Shown piece after piece: positions 13,401-27,215 of a DNA stretch of 64,000 bases (its first letter is position 1; each line of letters opens with the position of its first letter). This stretch comes from Haliotis rufescens (taxonomy: Eukaryota). The translations under genes were made by a program, and so were the position numbers. Location of the stretch: positions 3,100,001 through 3,164,000 of the forward strand of contig NW_025963891.1 in assembly GCF_023055435.1 (NCBI RefSeq), given 5' to 3'. The notes under the pieces were generated by a model. It was not told the DNA's origin, made no database searches, and saw only the letters and a list, made by a program, of their open reading frames with translations.

Positions 13401-14185
13401 ATCAGGATTTTGACGAGGAACTAGGTCCGGGTCAATTGCCAGTTTTAGCGAGTCTCATTCTAATACTTGAAACACCATTTTTGTCTGTTACCCAGGTTTG
13501 ATAGTGCGGATCACTTTGACATTAATGATTACTCTAATTGCACCCACAGAAACAAACTGACGGCACTAGTTATAAGGTCTAGATCTGGGAATGCATATAT
13601 GGACAAGGCGTTTTGATGCATACCAGGGAAGAAAGAATATCACGTCTCAAATTTTCGTTCCCATTCCAACTGAGAATTGTGGCCAGAAATTTACGAAAAA
13701 CCTGCGGAGTAAATGTTGTTCAAGGATTTTTAAAAGATGAAAAGCAAAACAATGTAAGCTACATATTGCTAATCTTCAGCATAATTAAACATATGTTCAC
13801 TTTTAATTCTTGAAGAAAATAAAAAAAGTTTGAAGTAATTTGCTAAAACCGACAGTATGGTGAAACAGAAAATGATGACAGCTACAGCAGCATTGAATAC
13901 TATTCTGTGATATCATGTGGTATTCGTAGCCATTTCTTGTGCTATTATACTAACTGTAACCGGCTTCAAGTGAGTAGTTGTGATTAGAGTCAATGCTGGC
14001 GTATCATTACATTTTGTTTACAAAGCACAACATTCCTGGAACAAGCTCAGCGATATTTCCTGATTTCCAATATATTTGCCAACATTGATGTGCCTCTGTT
14101 TAATGAATTTGTTTACCCGGTACACTGGAGAGTGACACGTAACTAATAGTTTGTGAAGTATGGAAACATATCTAATTACAGCCAA

Positions 14186-14280
14186 GGGCTGTGGGGTAGC
14201 CTAATGCTAAATGCGTTCGTCTACTCGTCACGCCGAAAACCAGGGTTGAATTAGTACATGGGTACAATGTGCAATGTCTC
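14186..14280 (+). mobile_element. Decayed tRNA-derived SINE, family A
   Basis: gggctgtggggtagcctaatg...cgtcacgccgaaaaccagggttgaat...catgggtacaatgtg matches the copy at 27398. Confidence 0.7.
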
Positions 14281-14629
14281 GAATATCCATCGGATTCCAT
14301 TGGGTGTAAAACAATTCCATGTTTATGTGCCTTGTTAGAAGGCGTGCGTAAAATCTTTCTGTGGCGCTTGAACGAGGGACAAGAGTGAAGCTAAACTTGT
14401 CTCCCTTCCACTGCAATCAGCACTGCTTTTTAAACTTCTGGCAGACCGCCCTTCTGCGATGCATCACATGGTAAGAGCATGCACATGGTGTCAAAGTACA
14501 GGCGCTCTGTCAGCTCCAGGCTTAAATCAAAACAAACAAAGGGTTAAAATATCTTCCTGGCATTACAAACAGATGATCTAGCAACAACAAGCTTCAGCAG
14601 AAAACAAACAACGCTAGAGGCTAATCGCA

Positions 14630-15790
14630 GTATCGGGCTATACACATCCCAGCTACGTAAAGTGTTACTAGGACGCCAGTATAGGGTACCGCCATGGTAT
14701 AGGAATATACACATCTCACCTGCATTAAGTGTCATTAGGACGCCAGTATAGGGTACCGCCATGGTATAGGAATATACACATCCCACCTGCATTAAGTGTC
14801 ATTAGGACGCCAGTATAGGGTACCGCCATGGTATAGGAATATACACATCTCACCTGCATTAAGTGTCATTAGGACGCCATATAGGGTACCGCCATGGTAT
14901 AGGAATATACACATCTCACCTGCATTAAGTGTCATTAGGACGCCAGTATAGGGTACCGCCATGATATAGGAATATACACATCTCACCTGCATTAAGTGTC
15001 ATTAGGACGCCAGTATAGGGTACCGCCATGGTATAGGAATATACACATCTCACCTGCATTAAGTGTCATTTGGACGCCAGTATAGGGTACCGCCATGGTA
15101 TGGGAATATACACATCTCACCTGCATTAAGTGTCATTAGGACGCCAGTATAGGGCGCCACCATGGTATAGGAATATACACATATCACCTGCATTAAGTGT
15201 CATTAGGACGCCAGTATTGGGCGCCGCCATGGTATAGGAATATACACATCCCACCTGCATTAGGTGTCATTAGGACGCCAGTATAGGGTACCGCCATGGT
15301 ATGGGAATATACACATCTCACCTGCATTAAGTGTCATTAGGACGCCATATAGGGTACCGCCATGGTATAGGAATATACACATCTCACCTGCATTAAGTGT
15401 CATTAGGACGCCAGTATAGGGTACCGCCATGATATAGGAATATACACATCTCACCTGCATTAAGTGTCATTAGGACGCCAGTATAGGGTACCGCCATGGT
15501 ATAGGAATATACACATCTCACCTGCATTAAGTGTCATTTGGACGCCAGTATAGGGTACCGCCATGGTATGGGAATATACACATCTCACCTGCATTAAGTG
15601 TCATTAGGACGCCAGTATAGGGCGCCACCATGGTATAGGAATATACACATATCACCTGCATTAAGTGTCATTAGGACGCCAGTATAGGGCGCCACCATGG
15701 TATAGGAATATACACATCTCACCTGCATTAAGTGTCATTAGGACGCCAGTATAGGGTACCGCTATGGTATAGGAATATGCACACCCCAGC
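14630..15790. repeat. Minisatellite, 67-bp unit, about 17 near-identical copies
   Basis: gtataggaatatacacatctcacctgcattaagtgtcattaggacgccagtatagggtaccgccatg; no spacers. Confidence 0.97.
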
Positions 15791-15793
15791 TGC

Positions 15794-16975
15794 ATCATGG
15801 CAAAGGGGATATATTTTGTTAAATTGTTAAATAACGATTACGCTAAGTTGCAGCATGCTGAAGGTCATCGTCTACGCTCCGTGGGTATGCTGCAACAAGA
15901 ATGGTGTAAATGACGTTGCTAGACATTTTAAAGTTCAAAACACAATATCATCTCTTTTGAGACGTTTTCTAAAGCAGGGCAACTCTCCCACGGGCCGGTC
16001 GTCCACGTGTGACGTCAGGTCAAGACATCCATATGCGGTTGGTGCATCAACGGAATCGAAACCAAACTGCAACATCAACAGCTCGGACAAGTCCGGGGTT
16101 GAGACATTATTATTGGCAGACCCGTACACAACCAATTGAGGGAGCACAACGTCAGACCTCGACGTCCAGCGATACGACCAGTTTGGCGTCCACGTCACCG
16201 CCAATCATGCCAAACTTTATGTGGAAAACATCTGAGGTTCAGAGGACAAAACTGGGAGAGTATACTGTTTAAAGATTGGTCCAGGTTTCATTTGGACAGC
16301 TCTGATGGTCATGCATGAGCCTACAGGCGTCCAGAAAAACGTTTAAGAGACGCTTGCGTTGCGTCAGTTTTAGGGCGGAAGTGTAATAGTATGGGGTGGC
16401 ATCACAACTCATGGGAGAACACAACTTATCATTGGTAAATGCAATTTGAATGATAACGCTACCGGGACGACATCGTTCGAATGTAGGGACGTAACGTCAC
16501 GTTGCAGCAGGATAATGCCCGCCCACATGCTGCGCGTGTTGTAACTGACGTTTTGAGGCAGCTTACCACTGTTGTACTGCAGTGGCCGCCTCTCCCTTAC
16601 AGAACAAGTCTGGAAAGAAATGGCCGACGCCTACGACAAGACCAGAACCAGCCCCAACTCAGTTGGACTAATCTTTGGTTGACATTTGGAACAACATCCC
16701 CAATGCTGTTTTCAATTTCTAGAGTCTTCAATGCGTCACCGCTGCCTCGCCTATATTTACCCAAATGGTGATCACACCAATATTGACATTATAAATTTAG
16801 TTGTTACATCCCCCCTCTTTTAATGCGTGCTCCCCTGTCTCTTGTTACCAGATATGGGGTTTCTTATGAATTTGTTATGTTACAAGATCATACAACTAAC
16901 TTATATGTTGTTATTTTCAATAACATAACATTTCCACCACTTTGAAGCACAGTTACTTTTCCCCGTTACCATACA
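15794..16975 (+). mobile_element. Decayed Tc1-family transposon (pseudo-transposase)
   Basis: Frameshifted motifs: VARHFKV..TIS.L.RRF (HTH), ILFKDWSRFHL, VIVWGGIT, QQDNARPHAAR, LQWP. Confidence 0.9.
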
Positions 16976-17199
16976 CGACCACGCGATCCCACAGGCCCAC
17001 AATGCAACAAGGACCGGATGTATCTACACAGTCCCACATATTCTCATTCTCACAAAACAAATCCCTTGATGGACTTTTCCGCTAATATCTACACTAACTC
17101 CCAATATATTTAAATATGTCTTCAAAATGTTTTCCCATTTGTATTTGAATACGAATCAGCAGTTCTTGCTTTGAAATTTCTACGAATTGTTTAGTAGTA

Positions 17200-18430
17200 G
17201 GGATTTCTGTTATGGAGTAGTAGTTGCACTTATAGTTGTAGAAGTTGAAGTATTGGGTGTAGAAGTAGCAGTATTAGGTGTAGAAGTAGCAGTATGCATG
17301 ATATAAGTGGCAGTATTAGGTGTAGAAGTAGCAGTATTCATGATAGAAGTAGCAGTATTCATAATAGAAGTAGCAGTATACATGATAGAAGTAGCAGTAT
17401 TGGGTGTAGATGTAGCAGTATTTATGATAGAAGTAGCAGTATTGGGTGTAGAAGTAGCAGTATCCATGATAGAAGGAGCAGAATTAGGTGTACCAGTAGC
17501 AGTATTCATAATAGAAGTAACAGTATTCATGATATAAGTAGCAGTATTCAAGATAGAAATAACAGTAGTCATGATAGAAGTAGCAGTATTCAAGATAGAA
17601 GTAGCAGCATCCATGATTAGAAGTAGCCGTATTCATGATAGAGTAGCAATATTCATGATAGAAGTAGCAGTATCAGGTATAGAAGTAGTAGTATTAGGTG
17701 TAGAAGTAGCAGTCGTCAAGATTGAAGTAGAGTATTAGGTGTAGAAGTAACAGCATTCATGATAGAGGTAGCAGTATTCATGATAGGAGTAGCAGTATTC
17801 ATGACAGAAGTAGCAGTATTAGGGATAGTAGTAGCAGTATTCATGATAGAGGTAGCAATATTCATGATAGAAGTAGCAGTATTCATGATAGAGGTAGCAG
17901 TCTTCATATTAGAAGAAGCAGTTTTCATGATAGAAGTAGCAGTATTCATGATAGAAGTAGCAGTATTCATGATAGAAGAAGCAGTATTCATGATAGAAAT
18001 AGCAGTAGTCATGATAGAGGACAATATTCGGGATAGAAGTAGCAGTGTTAGGTGTAGAAGTAGCAGTATTAATGATAGAAGTAGCAGGATTGTGTGTAGA
18101 AGTAGCAGTATTCATGATAGAAGGAGCAGTATTAGGTGTAGAAGTATCGGTATTGATGATAGAAGTAGGAGTATTAGTTATAGAAGTAGCAGTATTAGGT
18201 GTAGAAGTAGCAGTATTCATGATAGAAGTAACAATATTAGTTATAGAAGTATCATTATTAGTTATAGAAGTAAAAGTATTGATTATATTAGTGACAGTAC
18301 TGTAGAAGTAGCAGCATTTGGTGTAGAAGTAGTACTATTGCTTGTAAAAGTAGCAATATAGGTTGTAGAAGTAGTAGTATTAGTTGTAGAGGTAGCAGTA
18401 TTGGCTGCGAATGTTACAACATTGGTTGCA
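17200..18430. repeat. Minisatellite, 21-bp unit
   Basis: gatagaagtagcagtattcat and variant ggtgtagaagtagcagtatta. Confidence 0.95.
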
Positions 18431-18689
18431 AGTGTATGAGTTATTTAGTGTTCTAGTTTATAAGTTTTGTCATCATCATTGTTGTTATTATCCAAAACAA
18501 AAGGGGATCATGAAATAAATATGTTATGTTTGGTCGCCAGGAGAAAGATTAGCTAAGAGGAATGACTGACAGAGATTGGTTAGGTTTCGGAACTAATACC
18601 CAACGTCCCAACACACACGAAACACTGCACATGGACCATGTAATTCCTCCGAGCTCGTCGGTAGAGGGTCAATCGTCAAATCGCTCTAA

Positions 18690-20000
18690 GGCAAAAGTAA
18701 TTTTGAATTTCTTTATCCACAGTAACACGTGAGTTCTCTACTCTTGCCGTAATGCAGTATGTGTGATGAGATTGAGAGTGCGTCGTCAACAATGCGATGA
18801 ACGCTTTGTGGCCATTGGCATGCTTTCAACTGGTTGCAGTTGCCAATATCGTCATTTGTGTCACAGTCTGCGATTTGCAGACTTTTGAAAAGGTTTCTGC
18901 AGACACAAAATGTTAATGATCGTCCCGCTCATAGAGCCCTTGGTCAAGTTAAGGATTGACTAATAAGAAATTCAGGCTTCAAGAAATCGAGGCCAAACAT
19001 GCCGGTCGAACCTCTTTTCACTTGCGCCAGGCCACCAGAGTTCAAGTTACTGACCAGACTATTATAAATCGTCTGCATGCAGCTAATCTGTATGCCCGGC
19101 GACCACGCGATTAACAACCGTTAACAAATCGACACCAGTGGTGTCTAGCCAGATACCAGTGGTGTTTAGAGCGTAAAAACTGGGGTAATCGCCGATTGTC
19201 TCGTGTAATGTTTTCAGATATTTTCCAGAATTGGCCTGGACTTTCGGGATTGGCGTGGTCGTGTCTGGATGCGCCCGATGAACATCATGCGGACGTTAAC
19301 GTAAGGCAACGTGACAAATGTGGTGAGGGTATAACGGTATGTGACGGGATCACTATGATCCCGCCAATGCAAATACCTATTGTCTATGGAATGTCAGTGG
19401 ACAGTACGAGACACCATAATGGCCAATAGTTGTGCACGCTTTACTGGTTCACGTTTGTTCTTTCAAGACGATAACGATAATGCCCACCATGCACGTATCG
19501 TAACTGCCTACCTCCAGCAGCAACACATCACTAGAACGCAGGTGTCAACCATGAGTCCTGATCTTTCCCACAAAGAACACGTCTGGGACAAGATCGGGAG
19601 ACGTGTACGTCGACGTCAAATGCTAAATGCCAAATGGGCCAGGATCGGCCCGAAATGGGCCAGGGTCTGCAAGCGGAGTGGACAAGACTCCCTAAATTGT
19701 CTTTTTGAAATTGATTCGGACCATGCCACGCCGCATAAACAAATGTTTGACGAGTCGTGGGGACATGATCCATTATTAATCAAGTCATCTCAAACGTTCA
19801 TATGATTACTATACAACACTGAAGCCTTTCTCGGTTGTTTGCACACTTACAACACACCGCAAACATATTCTGTTGATTGTCAATCCATTATCGTCACTCG
19901 ATACCTCTTTGTATTTCAATACGCATCTGTTGTTTTCGAATAACTAGTTGTATTGGAATATTATTTTATTAATATTGCGAGTTAATTCCAGTGATGATTC
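18690..20000 (+). mobile_element. Decayed Tc1-family transposon, second family member
   Basis: VMFSD, FQDDN..AHHARIV..YL, SPDLSHKEHVWDKIGRRVR (Tc1 DDE motifs), with stops and frameshifts. Confidence 0.88.
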
Positions 20001-21448
20001 TTTAATGGTAACCTCAGCTAAGTTCGTTGTTATCGACCTTTGTATCAATACCTACGTGTTAATGTACAAATCAATTCCAGGCTCACATTTTACACCGTAG
20101 TTTGCAGCTCGGCTAATGATAATAAAGAATAGAAATACAATAATAAACAAGTAACCAGGCCAGAAGCGTGCTTCCAGTTGACTTAGAATGCAGGTGGCGA
20201 AACAAAAGCAGATATACCGGTGTAAAGGTATGCTGTAGCAGGCCGGACGAATCAGACTTCAATGTCTGCTCCCAAACAAACCACAGGTGTTGCTGTTTAT
20301 GTACTTTCACAGGTTCCGCTAGTCCGTGGACGCTATACATACCGCAACAACGTTCACCGATACCTCTCTAGATACCACTCATGTCAATGTTTCTTTACAA
20401 AACATTTACAGCTAACAATTAGTAAGAAATATAAAATAGTTTCATTTCGGATGGAATTTAGCTAAAATATCAAAATAAGTAATAATATTTAAAATAATAC
20501 ACCGCCGGGTAAAAGAAAGTAAACACCTGTGTTTGATGTTGGCTAAAAATCAAACAAACAAAAAATGGTTGTGCGATGGTGATGTGTTGGATGCGGGTGC
20601 AATGGTTGTGTTTTGGACCTTTGGTTTGCAGTGTTTCGGCGACTGTTTCAACCCTAGACACGTTTTGGTAACAATAATTTGTCGGTCATTTCCAATTTTC
20701 AACTTTCTTTTGCCTAGCAGTTTTATTAATATGCGTAATGAACAATGCTAATGTTGTGAATCGTGTGATAGTACGCCAAATCATGTTGTGAATATCGACT
20801 TAGATTTGATCTTGATAAAGATAGAGAGTCTGTCGATGAAATTAACACGTTTTCGACTGTAAATACCTGTATATCAACATCAAACAGATGTGTTACATTA
20901 TGATTATTAATAATTCTCTTTCTTCTTTGTTTTCTCTCGCCACTTTACTTCTCTTGTTTTATGTGATGCTAATTGCACTGCTTGTAAATGAATTCTGACT
21001 CTTTCGCAAGGTGTGAAAGCCGATCCCTTTCACGGAATGTGAATAAAATATGTTTAAACTGATTAAATAGTAATTTAATGACTATACTTGGAGATAATGC
21101 TGTTGTTGCGTGTTCATTCTGCAACACATGCCCTGCTCTTCAGGTCTGATGATGGCTGCAGATAGACCCAAACATGATTCACACTTGCATTCAAATGCAC
21201 TTACAGTGATTCAATTAAAGCTGATATCAATAAGTGAAAAGCGTACTTTGGACCAGCGGAACACAGACGTCACCCATGCTGCCCTGGCTGAGTGTGCCAA
21301 GTATATCTTTTCACACACTGCGTTCTGACATACGTCCCCTCGAATTACCTTCAAACAAATTCAACGTGTTCTGGTGCAGCGCGTGTGTATAGAGAGTTGT
21401 AGTGCTTATGTTCGGAGTGGCGTAGTGCTTCCGCGTAGAGTAGTGTAG

Positions 21449-21953
21449 TGTTTGTTTGTTTGTTTGTTTGTTTGTTGTTTAACGCCGCACTCAGCAATAT
21501 TCCAGCTATGTGACGTCGGTCTGTAAGTAATCGAGTCTGGACCAGACATTCCAGTGTTTGACATCATGAGCATCGATCAACGCAATTGGGTTACGATGAC
21601 ATGCATCAACCAAGTCAGCGAGCCTTACCACCCTAGTCGTTTCTTACGACAAGCGTTGTCGCCTTTTACGGCAAGTGTTTGACATCATTAGCATCGATCT
21701 ACGCAATTGGGATACGATGACATGCATCAACCAAGTCAGCGAGCCTTACCACCCGAGTCGTTTCTTACGACAAGCGTTGTCGCCTTTTACGGCAAGTGTT
21801 TGACATCATGAGCATCGATCTACGCAATTGGGATACGATGACATGCATCAACCAAGTCAGCGAGCCTGACCACCCGAGTCGTCTCTTACGACAAGCGTTG
21901 TCGCCTTTTACGGCAAGCATTGGTTCCTGTTCTACCCCGGATCATCACGGGTC
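21449..21953 (-). mobile_element. SINE-like element family C with internal 121-bp triplication and (AAAC)n tail
   Basis: The 5' end gacccgtga.gatccgg matches the copy at 33795. Units start at 21553, 21674 and 21795. Inserted in a degenerate agagtggtgtagtgct repeat. Confidence 0.88.
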
Positions 21954-22139
21954 AATGGTGTACTGCTAACATGAAGAGAGGTGTAGTGGGTACATATGTA
22001 GAGCGGTGCAGTGCTAAAGTGCAGAGTGATGTAGTCTTTACGTGTAGAGTGGTGTACTGCTAACATGAAGAGTGGTGTAGTGTAAATATGTAGTGCGGTG
22101 TTGTGGTTATAGGAAGAGTGGTTTGGGCAAAGTCAAAGT

Positions 22140-22720
22140 AATGCTATTGTGCCAAGAAGTTTAACAAGTGTATCGATGATCTGATATCGTTCAATAACCA
22201 TGCTATCGTCAATTCCCTACCACTGATTTACCCACCTGAACTAGAAATATCAGAGACCAGTAAAACCGCTGCATCTGTTTCATATTTAGATCAATGCATA
22301 AACATTCAGAGTGACAAAACACTCTCCACAAGACTGTATGACAAGAGGGTGACTTCAACTTTCCAATAGTCAACTTTCCCTTTATGTCGAGCAATATTCC
22401 TGCAGCTCCAGCCTTTGGTGTCCACGTTTCAAAACTTCTAAGGTACAATTGAGCCAGCTATTTCTACCAAGATTTCAAAGAGCGTCATACGACTCATGCT
22501 CAGAAGTTGTTTTGTCAGGGTTCTAACATTCAAGGCCTCAGTAAAGCTTTCAAAACGTTTTATGGAAGGCATGTGGAGGACATATAAATTGTCAATGCAA
22601 TGGAATAACCAGCTTAGATTTTAGGCCGAAACAGGTTCCACTTGGCGTAAAAGTGTGAATAGCTGTGGGAATTATATGAATAGGCCACTGAAAATTTAGT
22701 GATGACACCAGGTGTTCATG
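22140..22720 (+). mobile_element. Penelope-like retroelement RT fragment (Naiad-like), pseudogenised
   Basis: IDDLISFNN..IYPPELEI..SVSYLD..LYDKR/DFNFPIVNFPFMSSNIPAAPAFGV..KLF.QG..L.KAFKTFYGRH. Confidence 0.9.
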
Positions 22721-22804
22721 TCATGTCATGCACATGACATAGGGATCGTATGTACGTTGTATCGCGTGTGTCTATACGCGTAGAGTGTATATATATATGT
22801 ATAG

Positions 22805-23285
22805 TGTCTTAGTGTTTAGGCTTATTCCTGGTGGGGCACATATGTTTATGTGTAGAGTGATTCAGTGTTTAGGCTTATTCCTGGTGTGGCACATATGTTT
22901 ATGTGTAGAGTGATTCAGTGTTTAGGCTTATTCCTGGTGTGGCACATATGTTAATGTGTAGAGTGGTTCAGTGTTTAGTCTTATTCCTGGTGTGGCACGT
23001 AGGTTCATGTGTGGATCGGTTTAGTGTTTAGGCTTATTCCTGGTGTGGCACATATGTTCATGTGTGGAGTGGTTTAGTGTTTAGGCTTATTCCTGGTGTG
23101 GCACATATGTTTATGTGTAGAGTGGTTCAGTGTTTAGGCTTATTCCTGGTGTGGCACGTAGGTTCATGTGTGGAGTGGTTTAGTGTTTAGGCTTATTCCT
23201 GGTGTGGCACATATGTTCATGTGTAGAGTGGTTTAGTGTTTAGGCTTATTCCTGGTGTGGCACATATGTTTATGTATAGAGTGAG
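22805..23285. repeat. Minisatellite, 53-bp unit, about 9 copies
   Basis: agtgtttaggcttattcctggtgtggcacatatgtttatgtgtagagtggttc. Confidence 0.95.
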
Positions 23286-23964
23286 TTCATGTTTTTCGTT
23301 AACTCTGGTGAGGCACAATGATTATGTGAAATGTAAACTTTTGAATTAAGAGGTTACATTCCGTTCCAGAGAACTCACCGATTAATAATATTGGAAACGA
23401 TTCATGTCGTTAGGAAGACACGCAATCAACGGAGTCCCACATGTCATCCACTCGATCCTCAGTTGCTTCTAACAACCTGACCGGCATGCTTGGAGGCTGC
23501 TCTGCCTGGTATCCCCACGGGGCGATACGTTAAGTAGATTAAATGACCAAGATTCGCTTATTGTGGTAAGTCATGTCAGCTGAGCTCCACCATTCTCACG
23601 ACGGATGACAGATACTATCAACCCTACAGCAAATTACTAACGCGCTCACGGGCAACCCTTGAACAATGAACCAACGTGCCACATAGCTTGTTTCCAGAAC
23701 ACTTTTCACGTGAGATTCACCCATTGCCAGAAATATTTTTGATCATGTCTATGAGTGCATGAGTGAAAATTATACCTACGCGACAGGCTGCAATTACCCA
23801 GCTATGTCACAGTGGCCTGTAAATAATCGAGACATGGCCGGATGTACTAGTGGTTGTGGGCATGAGCATGTTCCACGGTGTCTGGTTAGACGACACGCAA
23901 TAATCCAGGTAACAGAATCGAAATCCCCCTATGGACTGATACGCTTAAAATTCCTTCACAACTA

Positions 23965-24158
23965 CAGTAAACTACGATTATAACGAACACGCCTATAACG
24001 AACTGACGGATATAACGAACTGACGGATATAACGAACTGTTTTTATTTTGTCCCGGCCATTTGCTGTATATATGCCGTATAAGCGATTATAACGAACTAC
24101 TGTTATAACGAACTAGAATAAGTGCTCCAATTGAGTTCGTTATAACCGTAGTTCACTG
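23965..24158. mobile_element. pogo/Tigger-type MITE (194 bp)
   Basis: 24-bp TIRs CAGTAAACTACGATTATAACGAAC / GTTCGTTATAACCGTAGTTCACTG flanked by TA on both sides; internal tataacgaac repeats. Confidence 0.9.
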
Positions 24159-24209
24159 TACATTTGTATCTTGGATAATACAGTTGTGCTAGTATTGAAT
24201 AGACACTTT

Positions 24210-24422
24210 GGTTAAGGGTTAACCGCGTCTGAGCTGCTTGCCCTGGTCGTTCCCGCTTATCACTACCCGCTTATCATGGGTTTGAATCCAGATTTGCTCT
24301 GATAATGGTTCTTGTTTGTCAGCATTTGGCCTTTGGTCTACATGCACCTTGGGGTTTCCTTCCACATGAAAGTAACGTGCCGTGATATAACTGAAACATT
24401 GCTAAAAAGCTTACTCATTCAC
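24210..24422 (+). mobile_element. Decayed SINE related to family B
   Basis: B-box-like gggtttgaatcc, tttgtcagca, and shared tail gccgtgatataactgaaacattgctaaaaagc + ctcattcact. Confidence 0.6.
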
Positions 24423-24431
24423 TGGAATAGA

Positions 24432-24536
24432 TTAGAGCCCCCAGACATCGTGCATTAATCGTAGAAATGATTAGTGAAAACCCCAGGGCCCGGATTCCTC
24501 TCTTGGACGATTAGAGCAGGGGTCCACGGGCTCTAA
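24432..24536. repeat. Small fold-back/MITE-like element
   Basis: ttagagccc...taatcgt / acgatta...gggctctaa inverted arms. Confidence 0.65.
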
Positions 24537-25224
24537 CATATATGCTTAACATATACTTACTTAAATCGTGAGTAATTGTGTATCCTGAGTCTGCCTTGTG
24601 CTTATTATATTAAGTGTCTAGGAATCAGAACAATGTATTCACGGTCGTAGGTTGACGAGACCCCTGGAGCCTCAGCGCGGTGTATGTATCTTGCAAGGTG
24701 TCTGTTGTCTGCCTTAGTGTGTCATGAAAGAGACGATGACAAAGAGACGGTTAGCTGTGCAACATTCTTCAACACGAGACAGTCCCGGCCGACGTCAGGC
24801 AGTTACTAGACACACTGTGTATCGCTAGAAGAAGCCCGTCCAAGACTAGCGGTGGAGAAGGAAGTTTTAACAAACGACTTATTGACAGATTTGTGAAGTT
24901 TGTTGGAAGCTGGAGAAAACGTCATAGGTAAGATATTCATTGGTAGTTCCGATTCCTCTACGGCAGTGTCAAGCAACAGTGGTAACATGATAATATATCA
25001 CTGAGTTCATCACACTTACAGTGTAGGTACTACAAGACGAAGGTTTTGAATAACCTAACTATGTTCTATGTCTTTCATGTTTACTTCTTGACTAGCTTGT
25101 ATCTCAACTCATCTACCAAAGGGATGTCTGTATCTTAGTTGACGTCAAATATGAAGCAAATGGGTCTTCTATGACCTCCACCAAGGACTGACTGCTCCAC
25201 TCTCAACCTTACTCTGTGACACAA

Positions 25225-26640
25225 GGAGGTATGCCTCGATCTTTCTTCAAGAAGTATGTCTTTCAGTCGACCTTTCTTCAAGAAGTATGTCTCTCATTCG
25301 ACCGCCACCTAGAGAGGTATGTCTCTCAGTCGACCTTCACCTAGGGAAGTCGACCGCCACCTAGAGAGGTATGTCTCTCAGTCGACCTTTCTTCAAGAAG
25401 TATGTCTCTCACTCGACCGCCACCTAGAGAGGTATGTCTCTCAGTCGACCTTTCTTCAAGAAGTATGTCTCTCATTCGACCGCCACCTAGAGAGGTATGT
25501 CTCTCAGTCGACCTTTCTTCAAGAAGTATGTCTCTCATTCGACCGCCACCTAGAGAGGTATGTCTATCAGTCGACCTTCACTTAGGGAAGTATGTCTCTC
25601 TGTCAACCTTCACCTAGGGAAGTATGTCTCTCTGTCAACCTTCCCAAAGGGAAGTATGTCTCTCAGTCAACCTTCCCCTAGGGAAGTATTTCTCTCAATC
25701 GACCTCCCCCAAGGGAGATATGTCTCTAAGTCGACCTTCGCCTAGAGAGGTATGTCTCTCAGTCGACCTTCACCTAGGGAAGTATGTCTTTCTGTCAACC
25801 TTCATCTAGGGAAGTATGTCTCTCAGTCAACCTTCCCCTAGGGAAGTATGTCTCTCAGTCAACCTTCACCTAGGGAAGAATGTCTCTCAGTCAACCTTCC
25901 CCTAGGGAAGTATGTCTCTCTGTCAACCTTCCCCTAGGGAAGAATGTCTTTCTGTCAACCTTCCCCTAGGGAAGTCGACCGCCACCTAGAGAGGTATGTC
26001 TCACAGTCGACCTTCACCTAGGGAAGTATGTCTCTCTGTCAACCTTCCCCTAGGGAAAAATGTCTCTCAGTCAACCTTCCCCTAGGGAAGTATGTCTCTC
26101 TGTCAACCTTCACCTAGGGAAGTATGTCTCTCAATCGACCTCCTCCAAGGGAGATATGTCTCTCTGTCAACCTTCACCTAGGGAAGTATGTCTCTCTGTC
26201 AACCTTCCCCTAGGGAAGTATGTCTCTCTGTCAACCTTCCCCTAGGGAAGTATGTCTCTCTGTCAACCATCCCCTAGGGAAGCATGTCTCTCTGTCAACC
26301 TTCCCCTTGGGAAGTATGTCTCTCTGTCAACCTTCCCCTAGGGAAGTATGTCTCTCAGTCAACCTTCACCTAGGGAAGTATGTCTCTCTGTCAACCTTCC
26401 CCTAGGGAAGTATGTCTCTCTGTCAACCTTCCCCTAGGGAAGTATGTCTCTCAGTCAACCTTCCCCTAGGGAAGTATGTCTCTCAGTCAACCTTCCCCTA
26501 GGGAAGTATGTCTCTCAGTCAACCTTCCCCTAGGGAAGTATGTCTCTCAGTCAACCTTCCCATAGGGAAGTATGTCTCTCAATCGACCTCTTCAATGGAG
26601 ATATGTCTCTAAGCCGACCTTCGCCTAGGGGGACATGTCC
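25225..26640. repeat. Minisatellite, 32-bp unit, with a 63-bp dimeric sub-array at about 25350-25570
   Basis: cctagggaagtatgtctctctgtcaaccttcc repeated. Confidence 0.95.
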
Positions 26641-27080
26641 CTCAGTAGGCCTTCACACAGGGATGTATATTTCTCATTTGAATTTACTCCTGGTCTTTGG
26701 CTCTCTCAGTGGACTGAATGGATCTCAAGGGTAATTAACCATATAGGATGCCATAGCGGTAGTGGAAAAACATACACGCTGCACGTGGATATCAAAGGCT
26801 TGTGTTTGTGACAGTTAGTGGGAGTGAGAACTGGTGTCTTCCATTCGCCTTCCGGATAGAGTTACGTCCCATGTACTATTCTCGTTGACTGTTGAGCTTT
26901 AAATCTCGAATGATCTGCGAATACAATATTAAAGAAGGACTACACAATAAATCATCTGCGTCAGCCCTATTAGTAGAAGAAATCAATAATTAAGGGTGCC
27001 CTGTGGCCTTTTTGAATATCCGCTGCAACACGTCTGAAGGACGTCAACAGTAATGTTGAAATGTCTTATTAATAATGAAA

Positions 27081-27215
27081 GGCGTGGTGTTGTAGCTTAT
27101 TGCTTAAATTATCCGCTCCCCGCGCCAAAGGCCCAGGTTCGATTCCCTACATGTATGAAGCCCATTGCTATTGGCTCCCACCGTGTAATTGCTACAATAT
27201 GAACAACTTCGCTTA
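27081..27215 (+). mobile_element. Decayed SINE, family A
   Basis: ccaggttcgattccctacatg..tgaagcccatt matches family A. Confidence 0.65.

Noticed and set aside
14630-15790. CRISPR-like appearance of this and other regular arrays (25225, 28970, 22805)
   Set aside because: Units are contiguous with no unique spacers, there are no cas genes, and the context is eukaryotic.
17210-18361. Mucin-like or repeat-protein ORFs (also at 12763, 25319, 28865-30149, 45600, 48610, 63499)
   Set aside because: Open frames are by-products of stop-poor tandem units; they occur in several frames and break at indels.
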